A stretch of 64,000 nucleotides of DNA from an uncultured Acidimicrobiales bacterium (GCA_963728985.1 CAVSME010000008.1:153485-217484); one strand, 5' to 3'; numbered from the stretch's first letter, positions 1 through 9,392 are shown. Numbers and translations are program-made. Notes: generated by a model from the letters alone, not told the origin.

Positions 1-801
1 GGTCTCGAGCGTGTCGAGGATGTGGAGGTAGTGAGCGAAGGTCTCGGCCCAGTCCTCCCACGGATGCGACGACGCGTAGGCGCTGATGAAGGCCGGATCA
101 CGCGGCGTCGGCCGCTTGCCGGCGTAGTGCTGCTCGAGCGCCCCGGCGTAGTCGACACGTTCATCGCCGAACCAGTGTCGGAATCCCTCGATGCGGCCGC
201 CGCCTGCGACGAGCACGGTCCAGTAGTAGTGGCCGATCTCGTGACGGAGGTGCCCGAGCAGGGTGCGGTACGGCTCGTCGAGATCCTTTCGAAGAGCTTC
301 ACGGCGCTGGTCGTCGTGCTCGGTGAGGTCGATCGTGACGACGCCGCCGCGGTGCCCGGTCACGGACGTGGCCCCCGGGACGTAGACGAGATCGAACGCC
401 AGCCCATCGGACTCACCGAGGCTGCGAGCGCGAATCGGCAGGCCGAGCCCGTGCAGCTGACAGATGAGCACGCGCTTCGCGGCTTCGGCGGCGCTCCAGG
501 CCTGGACCGCCCTCGTGTCGGCCTCGTCAGGACGGCCGCGCGTCAGGCGGCACGATTCGCACCAGCTGTCGGCCTTTTCGGCCGGTATCAACCAGTTGCA
601 GTCCCACGCCGCGTTCAGGCACCGCCAGAAGCGAGGCGCGCCGGCGTCGAAGGGCACCTCGTACAGCGCTCCGTCAACGACCTCGATGACGGCGAGCTGG
701 CGGCGATCGAGCACGAATCCCTGCTCGCTCTTGCAGCTCGGGCAGCGAGCGGACGTGAAGCCGAGACGACGGCCACAACGCTGGCAGTGGAACGCCTGCA
801 C
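1..801 (-). CDS. zinc-binding metallopeptidase family protein (N-terminal zinc ribbon, HExxH); C-terminus runs off the window
   Basis: Absent from the ORF track because no stop lies in the window. My reverse-complement translation from GTG at 801 is open down to position 1: VQAFHCQRCGRRLGFTSARCPSCK...LGHLRHEIGHYYW...SSHPWEDWAETFAHYLHILDTLET. It shows CxxC..CxxC, a HEIGH metal site and the HPWEDWAE motif. Confidence 0.8.
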   Translation of the reverse strand, partial: MQAFHCQRCGRRLGFTSARCPSCKSEQGFVLDRRQLAVIEVVDGALYEVPFDAGAPRFWRCLNAAWDCNWLIPAEKADSWCESCRLTRGRPDEADTRAVQAWSAAEAAKRVLICQLHGLGLPIRARSLGESDGLAFDLVYVPGATSVTGHRGGVVTIDLTEHDDQRREALRKDLDEPYRTLLGHLRHEIGHYYWTVLVAGGGRIEGFRHWFGDERVDYAGALEQHYAGKRPTPRDPAFISAYASSHPWEDWAETFAHYLHILDTLET

Positions 802-817
802 GAGTCGGCCGCCCGGG

Positions 818-1090
818 TCAGCGCGCCGGGGTGGCGTCGCCGCGAGCGAGGAACGAGACGCCACGGCCGGTCAGCTCGAGGTCTGTGTACCACGGACCGG
901 GCTGCCCACCACTGCGCGTCCCCGACACCAGCCGACGCGCCGTCGCCTCTTGCAGGTGCCTCGCCACCGAGCCGAGCGGCAACCGCGTCGCTGCCGCCAA
1001 CATCTGGTTGTCCACCGGGGTGCTCGCGTAGCCGCCGTCCCGGACGGCCTGTAACAACCTTGTCAACTGCTCGTCAGCGGACACTCGCAT
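818..1090 (-). CDS. small winged-helix DNA-binding protein (MarR/ArsR-like)
   Basis: 90-aa ORF with protein-like composition (LLQAVRDGGY...LPLGSVARHLQEATARRLV). It ends 16 nt upstream of the metallopeptidase start on the same strand. Confidence 0.55.
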   Translation of the reverse strand: MRVSADEQLTRLLQAVRDGGYASTPVDNQMLAAATRLPLGSVARHLQEATARRLVSGTRSGGQPGPWYTDLELTGRGVSFLARGDATPAR

Positions 1091-1362
1091 CGCCCTTCGC
1101 TGCGGATCGGCAGTCGATCGGTTCCTGAGGACTGGACCAGATCGCCACCAGCGGGACCGCGTCGACGAGACTACTCGCCGTTCGCGCCGCCCGGTCCCAG
1201 CCCCGGCACTCCGAACATGCCAGCGAGCCGAGGTTCGTACGTGGCCGTTGGTATGCTGTGGTCACACTTGGTAGGGACGCCTCGTTTGGGCAGGACGACC
1301 GAATCTGGTTGTCGCCCCGCACACAGGCCCGACGCCTCTCCCGGACTGGAACGAGGAGCGTC

Positions 1363-1524
1363 GTGGACGACGAAGCAGGCGCGGTCAGGTCCCGCCAATG
1401 CGGGCGCTGCCGCGGGACATTTCCGGGCGATCCGGCGCTACATCCGGTCGCGCTCCAGGAGTGGTGGCTGTGCGAGCCGTGCCATGACGCCATCTTCGGT
1501 CCGCACCCAGTTCCACCCGCATGA
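1363..1524 (+). CDS. small CxxC...CxxC zinc-ribbon-like hypothetical protein
   Basis: GTG at 1363 is preceded by AGGAG (1354-1358). It encodes VDDEAGAVRSRQCGRCRGTFPGD...WWLCEPCHDAIFG. The longer ORF-track start at 1258 is unsupported. Confidence 0.4.
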   Translation: MDDEAGAVRSRQCGRCRGTFPGDPALHPVALQEWWLCEPCHDAIFGPHPVPPA

Positions 1525-1545
1525 ACCGCAACCCCGGAGGATGAC

Positions 1546-1806
1546 ATGGTGAGACTCGAATGGAACGCCCTGCGCGTGGGCGACAAGGTGCTCGTGCACG
1601 ATCCCGGCGACTCGTCGATGCGCCTCGTGCCCGGAACCGTTGCGTTGGTGCAATCGGTATCAGGACCCAATGACGTCGGCATCAGGATGGGGCCCGAGAT
1701 CGGCCGCCAAGCCGTCCTTCGGCCCAGCCGGCTGTCTGTCCACCTCGATCCTCGCGATCCCGACGAGGAGTGCTGGCGCTGCGAGGCCGTCGCCGCCCGT
1801 TCATGA
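1546..1806 (+). CDS. hypothetical protein
   Basis: 86-aa ORF with ATG preceded by GGAGGA 4 nt upstream. Balanced amino-acid composition. It lies 21 nt after the preceding small ORF. Confidence 0.5.
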   Translation: MVRLEWNALRVGDKVLVHDPGDSSMRLVPGTVALVQSVSGPNDVGIRMGPEIGRQAVLRPSRLSVHLDPRDPDEECWRCEAVAARS

Positions 1807-1830
1807 CGGGGCCTCACCTGACGGCGCGTC

Positions 1831-2046
1831 TCACTCGAAGGCACCGCTGCCGCGCGCGAAGAGGTGCCAACCCAGCCAGGCCCACGCCAGCGCCAGCGCC
1901 AGGCGGGCCCATCGATGCGCGGTGATCCGTTCGACCAGGCGGGGAAGAGAGATCAGCCGCGGCCGGCGAGCCACCAGCAACGACCAGCCGATGCCGGCGG
2001 CGAAGATCACGGCGAAGCCGGCCAGTGTCACCTCCCTGGCCGTCAT
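1831..2046 (-). CDS. small membrane protein
   Basis: The internal ATG at 2046 gives MTAREVTLAGFAVIFAAGIGWSLLV...LALAWAWLGWHLF, with two hydrophobic helices. It overlaps the upstream gene's stop by 4 nt (ATGA). The N-terminal 145 aa of the track ORF are R/G/A junk. Confidence 0.55.
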   Translation of the reverse strand: MTAREVTLAGFAVIFAAGIGWSLLVARRPRLISLPRLVERITAHRWARLALALAWAWLGWHLFARGSGAFE

Positions 2047-2459
2047 CGGACGGGCCTCCAGCGGGGACGCAGGGCCAGCGCACCCCCGAGCACCAGCCAG
2101 AGCACGAACACCGCAGCGCGTCCCACATGGACGCTCATGATGCGGTCGGCGACGTAGCTCATGGTCGGGTGCTCGCTGCGAGGCGACGAGAACAGCGCGG
2201 CCAGCTCCCAGACCACGAGAGCCGCGACCAGCCCCACCCAGACCGTGACTCCATCCTCGTCTCGCTCGATCGGCGCGCCCGCCGCCGGCAGGGCGCGGCG
2301 AGCCGTGAGAATGACGACGGGGATCACCGGCACGACCACGAGCAACTCCTCGGGGTGCGTGAACGGCCGGAGCCCCGCCGCGATCCATGCGTAGGCGAGC
2401 ACCACGGCAACCGCGGCGGCGAGCACACCCGGCCGCGCCGGCGCATCTGGCGGGCGCAT
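2043..2459 (-). CDS. integral membrane protein
   Basis: ATG at 2459 gives MRPPDAPARPGVLAAAVAVVLAYAWIAAGL...VFVLWLVLGGALAL, with about four hydrophobic segments. It is translationally coupled to 1831..2046. Confidence 0.55.
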   Translation of the reverse strand: MRPPDAPARPGVLAAAVAVVLAYAWIAAGLRPFTHPEELLVVVPVIPVVILTARRALPAAGAPIERDEDGVTVWVGLVAALVVWELAALFSSPRSEHPTMSYVADRIMSVHVGRAAVFVLWLVLGGALALRPRWRPVR

Positions 2460-2532
2460 CAACACCTCCCGTTCTCGCCATGGATCAGCACGAGCACGGC
2501 GGTCGTTAGGCTCACGACTGCACGAGGCCGAG

Positions 2533-3384
2533 ATGGAGGCGAAGGAACCACTGATGGAGGGGCGTCGGCAGTCACCGGATGCCGGGACCGCTCCATCATC
2601 GCTGCCGCCAGATGTAGCCCGTGCGGCCAGGCCACTCCCACTGACGACGGCCGACGACATCGATCTCGCCGCACTGGCGTACGGGCCGCCCGCCGGGCGC
2701 CTCGCCATCGTGTTCGGCCACGGGTTCACCGGATCGCAGCGCAATCCCAAGGTGATCGAGCTGGTGACGGAGTTGGTAAGGCGCGGATTCGCCGTCTACA
2801 CGGCCGACTTCCGGGGCCACGGGGCCAGCGCCGGACACTCGACCTTCGGCGACCGTGAGGTGCTCGACCTCGAAGCCGTCGTCGCCTACGCCCGAGATCA
2901 TCACGAGCGCGTCGTGACCGTCGGCGCATCCATGGGCGCATTCGTGGCGCTGCGCCATGCCGGGCTCGGCGGGCAGGTCGATGCCGTGGTCGCCATCAGC
3001 AGTCCAGCGTTCCGGACCATCCCGAGGATGCCTCGCGCCCGGATGTTGGGCCGGCTCGTGCGGAGCGAGCGCGGCCGGCGCCTGCTCGCGCGCCACGGCA
3101 CCCGAGTTGACCCCTTCGCGCCTGTTTCTGACGCACCGATCGAGCTGGCGGCGGCCATCGCCCCGACACCGGTCGCCATCGTCCACGGCGACCGCGACCG
3201 CTACGTGCCGCTGAGCGACGCCAAGGCCCTGCACGAGCGACTGGGTTCGCCGCGGCGCCTCATCGTGTTGCCGGACTTCGGCCACGGCGAAGCCGGGTTC
3301 GGTCCGGGGTTCGGCGAGATCCTCGAACGCCTCATCTACGACCTGCTCGGTCTCGCGCCCGAGGCTGACGCGCCGCAGGGCTGA
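2533..3384 (+). CDS. alpha/beta hydrolase
   Basis: 283 aa with HGFTG oxyanion-type motif, GASMG nucleophile elbow, and C-terminal D and H (VHGDRDRYVP...FGHGE). Confidence 0.85.
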   Translation: MEAKEPLMEGRRQSPDAGTAPSSLPPDVARAARPLPLTTADDIDLAALAYGPPAGRLAIVFGHGFTGSQRNPKVIELVTELVRRGFAVYTADFRGHGASAGHSTFGDREVLDLEAVVAYARDHHERVVTVGASMGAFVALRHAGLGGQVDAVVAISSPAFRTIPRMPRARMLGRLVRSERGRRLLARHGTRVDPFAPVSDAPIELAAAIAPTPVAIVHGDRDRYVPLSDAKALHERLGSPRRLIVLPDFGHGEAGFGPGFGEILERLIYDLLGLAPEADAPQG

Positions 3385-3419
3385 GCGGCCGTTACCGGTT
3401 CGCACGCCGTGGCCCCGAG

Positions 3420-4358
3420 TCATGACACCGGGACTGTTGCCCAGTGCACGTTGTGCGCCCATCCGATGCGCTCGAACAGCGAGATGATCATCGCCGACGA
3501 GTCGAACTGCCGGCGCATCACTCCGTGGCGGGCCGAGCGGGGAAATGCGTGGTGGCCGTTGTGCCACGACTCGCCAAAGCTCAACACGGCGAGCACGCCC
3601 ACGTTGGCGCTTCGATCCTTGGTGAGGAACGGGCGCCGACCGAACATGTGACAGATGGAGTTGATGCTCCATGTCATGTGGTGGAGCAGGCAGATGCGCA
3701 CCCCGCCAGCCCAGAGCAGCGCGGTCAGGCCGCCGGCAATGCCTCCGCACAGCCACCCGATGCCGAACGGGATGGCGAGCGAGGTGAGGCACCACAAGGG
3801 GAACAAGCGGTTGACGATCACGAGGTCCCGGTCCTTGAGCAGGTCTCCTGCATACCGTCGCCATGACGTCGGCGTGTGATTGAGGAGCCAGCCGACATGC
3901 GCGTGCCAGAAGCCTTTCAGCTGTCCCCGGACCCCGGTGCCGTGGCCGTACGGCGAGTGGGGATCGCCCGGTTGGTCGGCCAGCGCGTGGTGGCGGCGAT
4001 GGTCCGCCACCCAGCCGATCGGACCGCCTTGGAAGGCCATCGATCCGATGACGCCAAGGGCGATCTTCAACGGCCGTCCGACCGTGAAGCTGCGATGGGT
4101 GAACAGGCGGTGGAAGCCGACAGTCACGCCGTGGCCCACGATGGCATACAACCCAGCGGCCAGCAGGAGGTCGCGCCAATCGATGCCGTGACCCCACCAC
4201 CGCACAGCGGCGTAGCACAAGGCCACGAGGGGGGCGACGACCACGACGAGGGTGATGGCCCGCTCGACGCCACTCCCCGTCGAGGACGGGGGCGAGGTAG
4301 CGACGGCCGGTGCGGACTCGTCAACGACGACGACCTCGGGGAGAACATCCACCGACAT
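3420..4358 (-). CDS. acyl-CoA (stearoyl-type) fatty acid desaturase
   Basis: Three histidine boxes are present: HRLFTHRSF, HRRHHALAD and HNGHHAFPRSARHG. The start was moved to ATG 4358 because AGGAG lies 5 nt upstream. The track start 4439 is the alternative. Confidence 0.9.
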   Translation of the reverse strand: MSVDVLPEVVVVDESAPAVATSPPSSTGSGVERAITLVVVVAPLVALCYAAVRWWGHGIDWRDLLLAAGLYAIVGHGVTVGFHRLFTHRSFTVGRPLKIALGVIGSMAFQGGPIGWVADHRRHHALADQPGDPHSPYGHGTGVRGQLKGFWHAHVGWLLNHTPTSWRRYAGDLLKDRDLVIVNRLFPLWCLTSLAIPFGIGWLCGGIAGGLTALLWAGGVRICLLHHMTWSINSICHMFGRRPFLTKDRSANVGVLAVLSFGESWHNGHHAFPRSARHGVMRRQFDSSAMIISLFERIGWAHNVHWATVPVS

Positions 4359-4584
4359 CTCGACTCCTGGTGACGGTTCTCTGTCCCGAGTGAGACGAGA
4401 GTTGGCACCGACCAGGGTCTCGAGTTGGTCCCACCACAAGTGGCGTCGACCACCGTGGTGGACAGAAGCGTAGCCGACGCTCGCCGCCCGCTACCCTCGC
4501 AGACGGTCGCCCCGCAGGAGACCCTGTTCGTCCCCTCGCCGCTACGGCTTGGCCCGACGCCCCTCGACCCATGGGTGCCAGCCA

Positions 4585-5164
4585 ATGTCCACTCCCGTCG
4601 GGTCCACCGGACCTCCGAGCGGCGGATTGTGCGTCGCTTCCATGGAGCTGCTCGGCGTGGAGGGCGCCGCCATCACGCTCATGACCGAGGATCACAATGG
4701 CCCCGTGTGTGCCACCAGCCCACAAGTGGCGGCGCTGGAGGAGCTGCAGTTCACCCGGGGCCACGGGCCGAGCGGCGACGCATTCCGGTCGGAGATGGCG
4801 ATTGCTGCGCAGACCTCGGCCCGCATGGTTCGAGCCTGTGGCCGGCGTTCTCGCAGGCCGCCTTCGAGGAGGGTTTCCGAGCAGTGCATGCGTACCAGCT
4901 GCGCGTGGCGGCGACGGCCTTCGGCGCCCTCACCCTTTACTTGCGGGTGGTCGGTCCGCTGAGCGGGGTGCAGCGGGCCAACGCGCCATCGGTCGCCGAG
5001 GCGCTGGCGCGCGTCCTCGCCGCTTCGAGCACACCCCTCGACGGCGACAGCGACGCCATGGGCACCCACCATCGTGCCGTCGTGCACCAGGCGGAGATCG
5101 TCGAGGGCCACCGCACAAGGGATGTGCCGCCCACATCGCACACGTCACTGTGATCGAATGGTGA
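4585..5164 (+). pseudogene. GAF/ANTAR-type regulator, disrupted
   Basis: GAF-like sequence (CVASMELLGVEGAAITLM...LEELQFTRGHGPSGDAF) continues in a second frame (DLGPHGSSLWPAFSQAAFEEGFRAVHAYQLRVAATAFGALTLY). The ANTAR-like end (AVVHQA...RDV / AAHIAHVTVIEW) is far too short and changes frame again. Confidence 0.55.
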
Positions 5165-5186
5165 CCGTGGCTGGGGAGCGGTGCGC

Positions 5187-5633
5187 GTGACCGGGCGGGA
5201 GGAGCTGGTGTCACAGGCGTTCGTCCAACTCCCCGACTCCCTCGTCGCCGAGTTCGATGTCATCGACCTGCTCACGGTGTGATCGGCGCGTTGAACCTCT
5301 TCCGCGTCACCGCCGGGCCGATTCCGAACGAGGACATGCGTCTCGCGCCGCGCACTGGCCGACGTCGCCACGATCGCCATCCTCCAGGACCAGACGGTCC
5401 GCGACGCGGAGACCCGGGCGCGACAGCTGCAGCACGCGCTCGACAGCCGGGTCGTGATCGAGCAAGCCAAGGGCATGGTGGCGGAGCACACCAAGCTCGA
5501 CATGGATCAGGCCTTCCGGCGCTTGCGCAGCTACCCCCGCGCCCACAATCTCCGGCTCAGCCTGCTCGCCGCACAGCTGGTGAACAGCACCGTCGAGCTC
5601 AGCGCGCTCGGCGCACCCGACGACCCGGCCTGA
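5187..5633 (+). pseudogene. GAF-ANTAR regulator, internal deletion plus frameshift
   Basis: The N-terminal helix (REELVSQAFVQLPDSLVAEFDVIDLLTV) abuts the end of the GAF domain (IGALNLFR) directly at about 5277-5282. The ANTAR domain (ALADVATIAILQ...VVIEQAKGMVAEH...AFRRLRSY..AHNLRL) lies in another frame after an extra base at about 5345-5352. Confidence 0.65.
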
Positions 5634-5745
5634 CTGCCCGGCCGGCCGCCGCCGACCGAAAGAGCGCCGAACAGCTGAGCTGGCGGTAGGGTATACGCAC
5701 CGGAAGCCACTGCTCTGGCGGCTCCGTAGTTGAGAAGAGAAAAAG

Positions 5746-5946
5746 TTGACCACAGGTACCGTCAAGTTCTTCAACGCTGAGAAGGGCTTTGGCTTCATCT
5801 CACGCGAACAGGGTGACGACGTTTTCGTCCATTACTCCAACATCCAAGGTGGGGGCTACCGGTCCCTCGACGAGGGCCAGCGCGTCGAGTTCGACGTTGC
5901 TCCCGGCCGCAAGGGTGAGGAAGCGCAGAACGTTCGGGTCCTCTGA
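5746..5946 (+). CDS. cspA: cold-shock protein (CspA family)
   Basis: 66 aa: [16 protein letters not shown] and DVFVHYS RNP motifs. TTG start with a purine-rich leader (GAGAAGAGAAAAAG). Confidence 0.95.
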   Translation: MTTGTVKFFNAEKGFGFISREQGDDVFVHYSNIQGGGYRSLDEGQRVEFDVAPGRKGEEAQNVRVL

Positions 5947-5959
5947 CCGCTGAGTTCGA

Positions 5960-5999
5960 GACGACGGACCGCGGACCACTTGGTCTGCGGTCCGTCGTC
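5960..5999 (+). terminator. stem-loop terminator candidate after csp
   Basis: A perfect 13-bp stem, GACGACGGACCGC (5960-5972) with GCGGTCCGTCGTC (5987-5999), starts 14 nt after the stop. There is no T-tract. Confidence 0.55.
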
Positions 6000-6071
6000 G
6001 CGTCCGGGCGCCCGACCGCGGTGCGCGAGGTCGGCGTGGGGTCCGAGCGGCGCGTCACCTACCATCCGCCC

Positions 6072-7010
6072 ATGGCCGACCTGCCACGGTTCGACGAGCT
6101 GCCCGAGGTGCCGGGCCTCGGCCTGCGCCACGCGTGGGACGTGTTCGGGCCCGACGACCGCTGCGGCATGATCAACCTCCTCGACGCCAGCCGCGTCGTC
6201 GCCGCGGCAGGGCTGGTGCGTTCGGGTGAGGTCCTGTCGCTCGACCTGCCGCTCGACCTCCCCGATCCGCCGCTCTTCGGTCGCAAGCCGTACCGGCACG
6301 ATGTCTTCGCCCTGAACCGCAACGAGATGGACGATCGCCTCGACGACTTCCACCTGCAGGGCTCGACGCAGTGGGACGCGCTCGGCCACGTCCGGTGCCG
6401 CGAGCACGGCTTCTGGGGCGGCCGCACCACGAACCCCACCAGCGATGCCAACGACCTGGGCATCGACCACTGGGCCGAGCACGGGATCGTTGGCCGGGGC
6501 GTGCTGGTAGACGTGGGCGGCTGGGCGGAGGCCACCGGGCGGCCGTTCGACGCGCTGACCGGCACCCAGATAACCGCCGCCGACCTCCAGGCCGTACTCG
6601 ACCACCAGGGCACCCGACTCGAGCCGGGCGACATCCTCTGCCTGCGCACGGGCTGGGTCGGCGCCTACAAGGGGCTCGATCGCGCTGCCCGGGTCACCTA
6701 CGCCGAGGAACCGGTCTTCGCCGGGCTACGCGCCGACGAGGACACGGCCCGGTTCCTGTGGGATGCCCACGTCGCCGCCGTGGTGTGCGACAACCCCGCC
6801 GTCGAGGTCGTACCCGGCGATCCCACCGTCGGCTCCCTCCATCGACGGCTCATCCCGCTGCTCGGTCTCGCCCTCGGCGAGATGTTCGACCTGGAAGCAC
6901 TGGCGCGACGGTGCCGGGATGCGGCACGGTGGGTCTTCATGTTCGTGGCCGTTCCACTCAAGGTGCGCGGCGGGATCGGCTCGCCCGGAAACGCGGTCGC
7001 CATCCTGTGA
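6072..7010 (+). CDS. cyclase family protein (kynurenine-formamidase-like fold)
   Basis: MADLPRFDELPEV...LDLPLDLPDPPLFGRKPY...GSTQWDALGH...GDILCLRTGW is typical of the putative cyclase family. ATG 6072 was chosen over the longer track start. Confidence 0.8.
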   Translation: MADLPRFDELPEVPGLGLRHAWDVFGPDDRCGMINLLDASRVVAAAGLVRSGEVLSLDLPLDLPDPPLFGRKPYRHDVFALNRNEMDDRLDDFHLQGSTQWDALGHVRCREHGFWGGRTTNPTSDANDLGIDHWAEHGIVGRGVLVDVGGWAEATGRPFDALTGTQITAADLQAVLDHQGTRLEPGDILCLRTGWVGAYKGLDRAARVTYAEEPVFAGLRADEDTARFLWDAHVAAVVCDNPAVEVVPGDPTVGSLHRRLIPLLGLALGEMFDLEALARRCRDAARWVFMFVAVPLKVRGGIGSPGNAVAIL

Positions 7011-7942
7011 CCACGAAACCCGTCTTCGAGCCCCGCGACGACGGGTTCCACTTCGAGGAGCTCGGCGACGACTGGTGGGCGACGGAGACGGCGTGGTTCT
7101 CCTTCCACCATCCGGAGCGCCGACTCGGCGGTTGGCTCTACACCATGGCCCGCCCCAACATCGGCACCGTCGCCGGGGGCGTCTGGGTGTGGGACGACAC
7201 CGCGTGGCTGCCGTGGGAGGTGCCCTACTCGCGGAACTACTCCGCCGCCCCGCTGGCTGCCGACAGCGATCTGACCAACGTGGTGCTCGCGAACGGCGTC
7301 GCCATCCGCGCCGTGGTGCCCGGCCAGGTGTACGAGCTCGGCTACGCCGACGGCGATCGCCTGACGCTGGAGCTGCGCTTCGACGCCGTCATGGCGGCCG
7401 AGCCGCTCGCCGCGGTGGGCTCCACGTTCGGGCGGGCCCACCACTTCGACCAGTTCGGCCGGGTGACAGGCCACATCGTCCTGCACGGTGAACGCATCGA
7501 CATCGACTGCGTGGGGATGCGCGATCGCACGTGGGGACGCCGTCCCGAGGATCGGCCGCGGCGGGCGGCGTACGTCACCGGCGCGGCGCCGGCCGACGGC
7601 TTCCTCGCCGTGACGAACGTCCGCGACGGCATGGACACCGTCGCCTACGGCTTCTTGCGCCGAGACGGCCGGGCCACCCCGCTGGCCTCCGGCAGCCGGC
7701 GCGTCGAGCGCTCGGTCGAGCACGGGTGGATCACCAGCATCGAGCTCGAGGCGTGCGACGAGGAAGGCCGCCTTCTCCATGCCATCGGGCGCCCCGTGAG
7801 CCGCATGATCATCGATCGGCACACCTTCATCGACGTCAACAGCCTCGTGCAGTGGGATGTCGGCGGCCAGGAAGCGTGGGGTGAGGACCAGGACATGTGG
7901 CCCGTCCACGACTGGTCGAAGTACCGCAGGGAGGAGCGGTGA
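7007..7942 (+). CDS. conserved hypothetical protein
   Basis: GTG 7007 overlaps the upstream stop (GTGA). The 311-aa product is W/D/E-rich and protein-like (FHFEELGDDWWATETAWFSFHHPERRLGGWLY). The first 212 codons of the track ORF are an R/P artefact. Confidence 0.7.
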   Translation: MTTKPVFEPRDDGFHFEELGDDWWATETAWFSFHHPERRLGGWLYTMARPNIGTVAGGVWVWDDTAWLPWEVPYSRNYSAAPLAADSDLTNVVLANGVAIRAVVPGQVYELGYADGDRLTLELRFDAVMAAEPLAAVGSTFGRAHHFDQFGRVTGHIVLHGERIDIDCVGMRDRTWGRRPEDRPRRAAYVTGAAPADGFLAVTNVRDGMDTVAYGFLRRDGRATPLASGSRRVERSVEHGWITSIELEACDEEGRLLHAIGRPVSRMIIDRHTFIDVNSLVQWDVGGQEAWGEDQDMWPVHDWSKYRREER

Positions 7943-8355
7943 CGGTCGCGCCGCCGGAGCTCCTCGGGGGCCTCGCGGCGACGCTGCGCGAGGAGATCGG
8001 CCCGGCGGTGAACGCCGCCTACCCCCGCACCCAAGCGTTCATGGCCGCCGTCGTCCTCGAGAAGATGGCCCGCCAGCTCGCCCTGGCACCGGCTCACGAG
8101 GAGGCCGACAGGACCGACATGACGCAGCTGTTCACTGACCTGCGGGCCCGACTCGGCGCCGCCAGCACGCCGCCGGCCATCCGGGCGATCGTGAACGAGC
8201 GGGGGCCCGGCAGCGACAACGAACGGCTGTGCCGCCTCATCTCGGCGCTCTACGCCCACCGCGACACGATGGGATCCTCGTTCGACGCCACGTTGGGCCG
8301 CGTGCGAGCGACGCTGCGGGCCCGCGTCGACCGCCAGATGGAGTACGCCCGATGA
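7939..8355 (+). CDS. hypothetical protein
   Basis: GTG 7939 overlaps the upstream stop, and its own stop overlaps the next start (ATGA). Helical, protein-like composition. Confidence 0.6.
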   Translation: MTVAPPELLGGLAATLREEIGPAVNAAYPRTQAFMAAVVLEKMARQLALAPAHEEADRTDMTQLFTDLRARLGAASTPPAIRAIVNERGPGSDNERLCRLISALYAHRDTMGSSFDATLGRVRATLRARVDRQMEYAR

Positions 8356-9392
8356 CGACGGCCGACGCTCCCGCGATCGAGAAGCGCATCCGCGACTACC
8401 TGGCCGAGCGGATCCCGGATGCCGCCGATCTGCGCCTCGACGATGTCGAGCAGATCGCCGTCGGCTGGTCGCACGAGACCTGGCTGTTCGACGCTCGATG
8501 GAACGACGGCGACGCCACGAGGGCCCAGGGCTTCTGCCTGCGTCGCGATCCGGGCAATGCCCTCCTGCGCGATCTGTCCGATCTGGCCGTGCAATTCCGC
8601 GTCCTGCAGTGTCTCGACCCGACCGAGGTCCCGACACCAAAGCCGTACTGGTTCGAGGACGACCCCGCCATCCTCGGGGCACCGTTCCTCGTCATGGAGA
8701 AGGTCCCTGGCACGTGCCCGAACCCGTGGGGGCGCGACGGGCGCCGGTTCTACGAGGAGGCCGCCGGCCGCGGCCGGCTGCCGGCCAGCTTCGTCAGCGC
8801 ACTGGCCGCCCTCCACAGCCTCGACTGGGAGGCCGCCGGACTCGCCTTCCTCGGGGTCCCACCCCTCGGCACGGCCTTCGCCCTCGGCGAGGTGGCGAAG
8901 TGGCGGGCGCTCATCGACCAGACGCAGCACGAGCCCGAGCCCATCCTCACCGACCTCATGTACTGGCTGGAGGCGAACGCGCCCCGGACGGAGCGGCTGG
9001 TCCTCGTGCACGGGGCCTACCGGACCGGGAACCTGCTCGTGTACGGCGACCAGATCTCCGCCGTCCTCGACTGGGAGCTCCAGGTGATCGGCGATCCGAT
9101 GTACGACGTCGCCTACGTGCTGTCGGACCTGAACCGAGAGGGTACGGAGCTGCTCTCCAACCTCGTCGACCGCGACGACTTCTACCGGCAGTACGAAGCG
9201 GCGACGGGCATCGAGATCGACGATGAAGTGTGCCGCTACTACCAACTCCTCTACGCCATGCGCTCGGCGGCGTTCTGGATGAGTGCCTCGGATCTCTACG
9301 CGACCGGGCGCAGCCGGGACCTGCGCCTGGCCCGCACGCAGTGGTCGATCCCGGTGGTGCTGGAGCGGGCCGCCCGCGACCTGGGCTACTGA
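8352..9392 (+). CDS. phosphotransferase family protein (APH/choline-kinase fold)
   Basis: MTTADAPAIEKRIRDYL...VGWSHETWLF...LVHGAYRTGNLLV...AVLDWELQVIGDPMYD, with Brenner-type HGxxxxGN and DWE motifs. Confidence 0.85.
   Translation: MTTADAPAIEKRIRDYLAERIPDAADLRLDDVEQIAVGWSHETWLFDARWNDGDATRAQGFCLRRDPGNALLRDLSDLAVQFRVLQCLDPTEVPTPKPYWFEDDPAILGAPFLVMEKVPGTCPNPWGRDGRRFYEEAAGRGRLPASFVSALAALHSLDWEAAGLAFLGVPPLGTAFALGEVAKWRALIDQTQHEPEPILTDLMYWLEANAPRTERLVLVHGAYRTGNLLVYGDQISAVLDWELQVIGDPMYDVAYVLSDLNREGTELLSNLVDRDDFYRQYEAATGIEIDDEVCRYYQLLYAMRSAAFWMSASDLYATGRSRDLRLARTQWSIPVVLERAARDLGY

Noticed and set aside
22-1128. Very long ORFs throughout the track. Examples: 22..1128 +, 2596..4218 -, 8250..10142 -, 11247..12770 +, 15244..16734 -, the first ~600 codons of 15995..19015 -, 22601..25636 +, 24708..26375 -, 45277..46962 -, 53068..54882 -.
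   Set aside because: Their translations are dominated by Arg/Ala/Gly/Pro runs with no recognisable motifs. Each lies antisense to, or out of frame with, a gene that has clear family signatures. This is the expected open-frame artefact of very GC-rich DNA.
4827-4836. A GGTTCGAGCC string resembling a tRNA T-loop.
   Set aside because: The flanking bases do not form a T-stem or any cloverleaf, and the string lies inside the GAF-domain remnant. No tRNA was found anywhere in the window by eye.
5640-5745. A promoter and cold-shock 5'-UTR elements upstream of csp (for example TAGGGT/TATACG as a -10 box).
   Set aside because: Candidate hexamers exist, but there is no convincing -35 box or spacing. 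Calling a promoter without transcript data would be guesswork.
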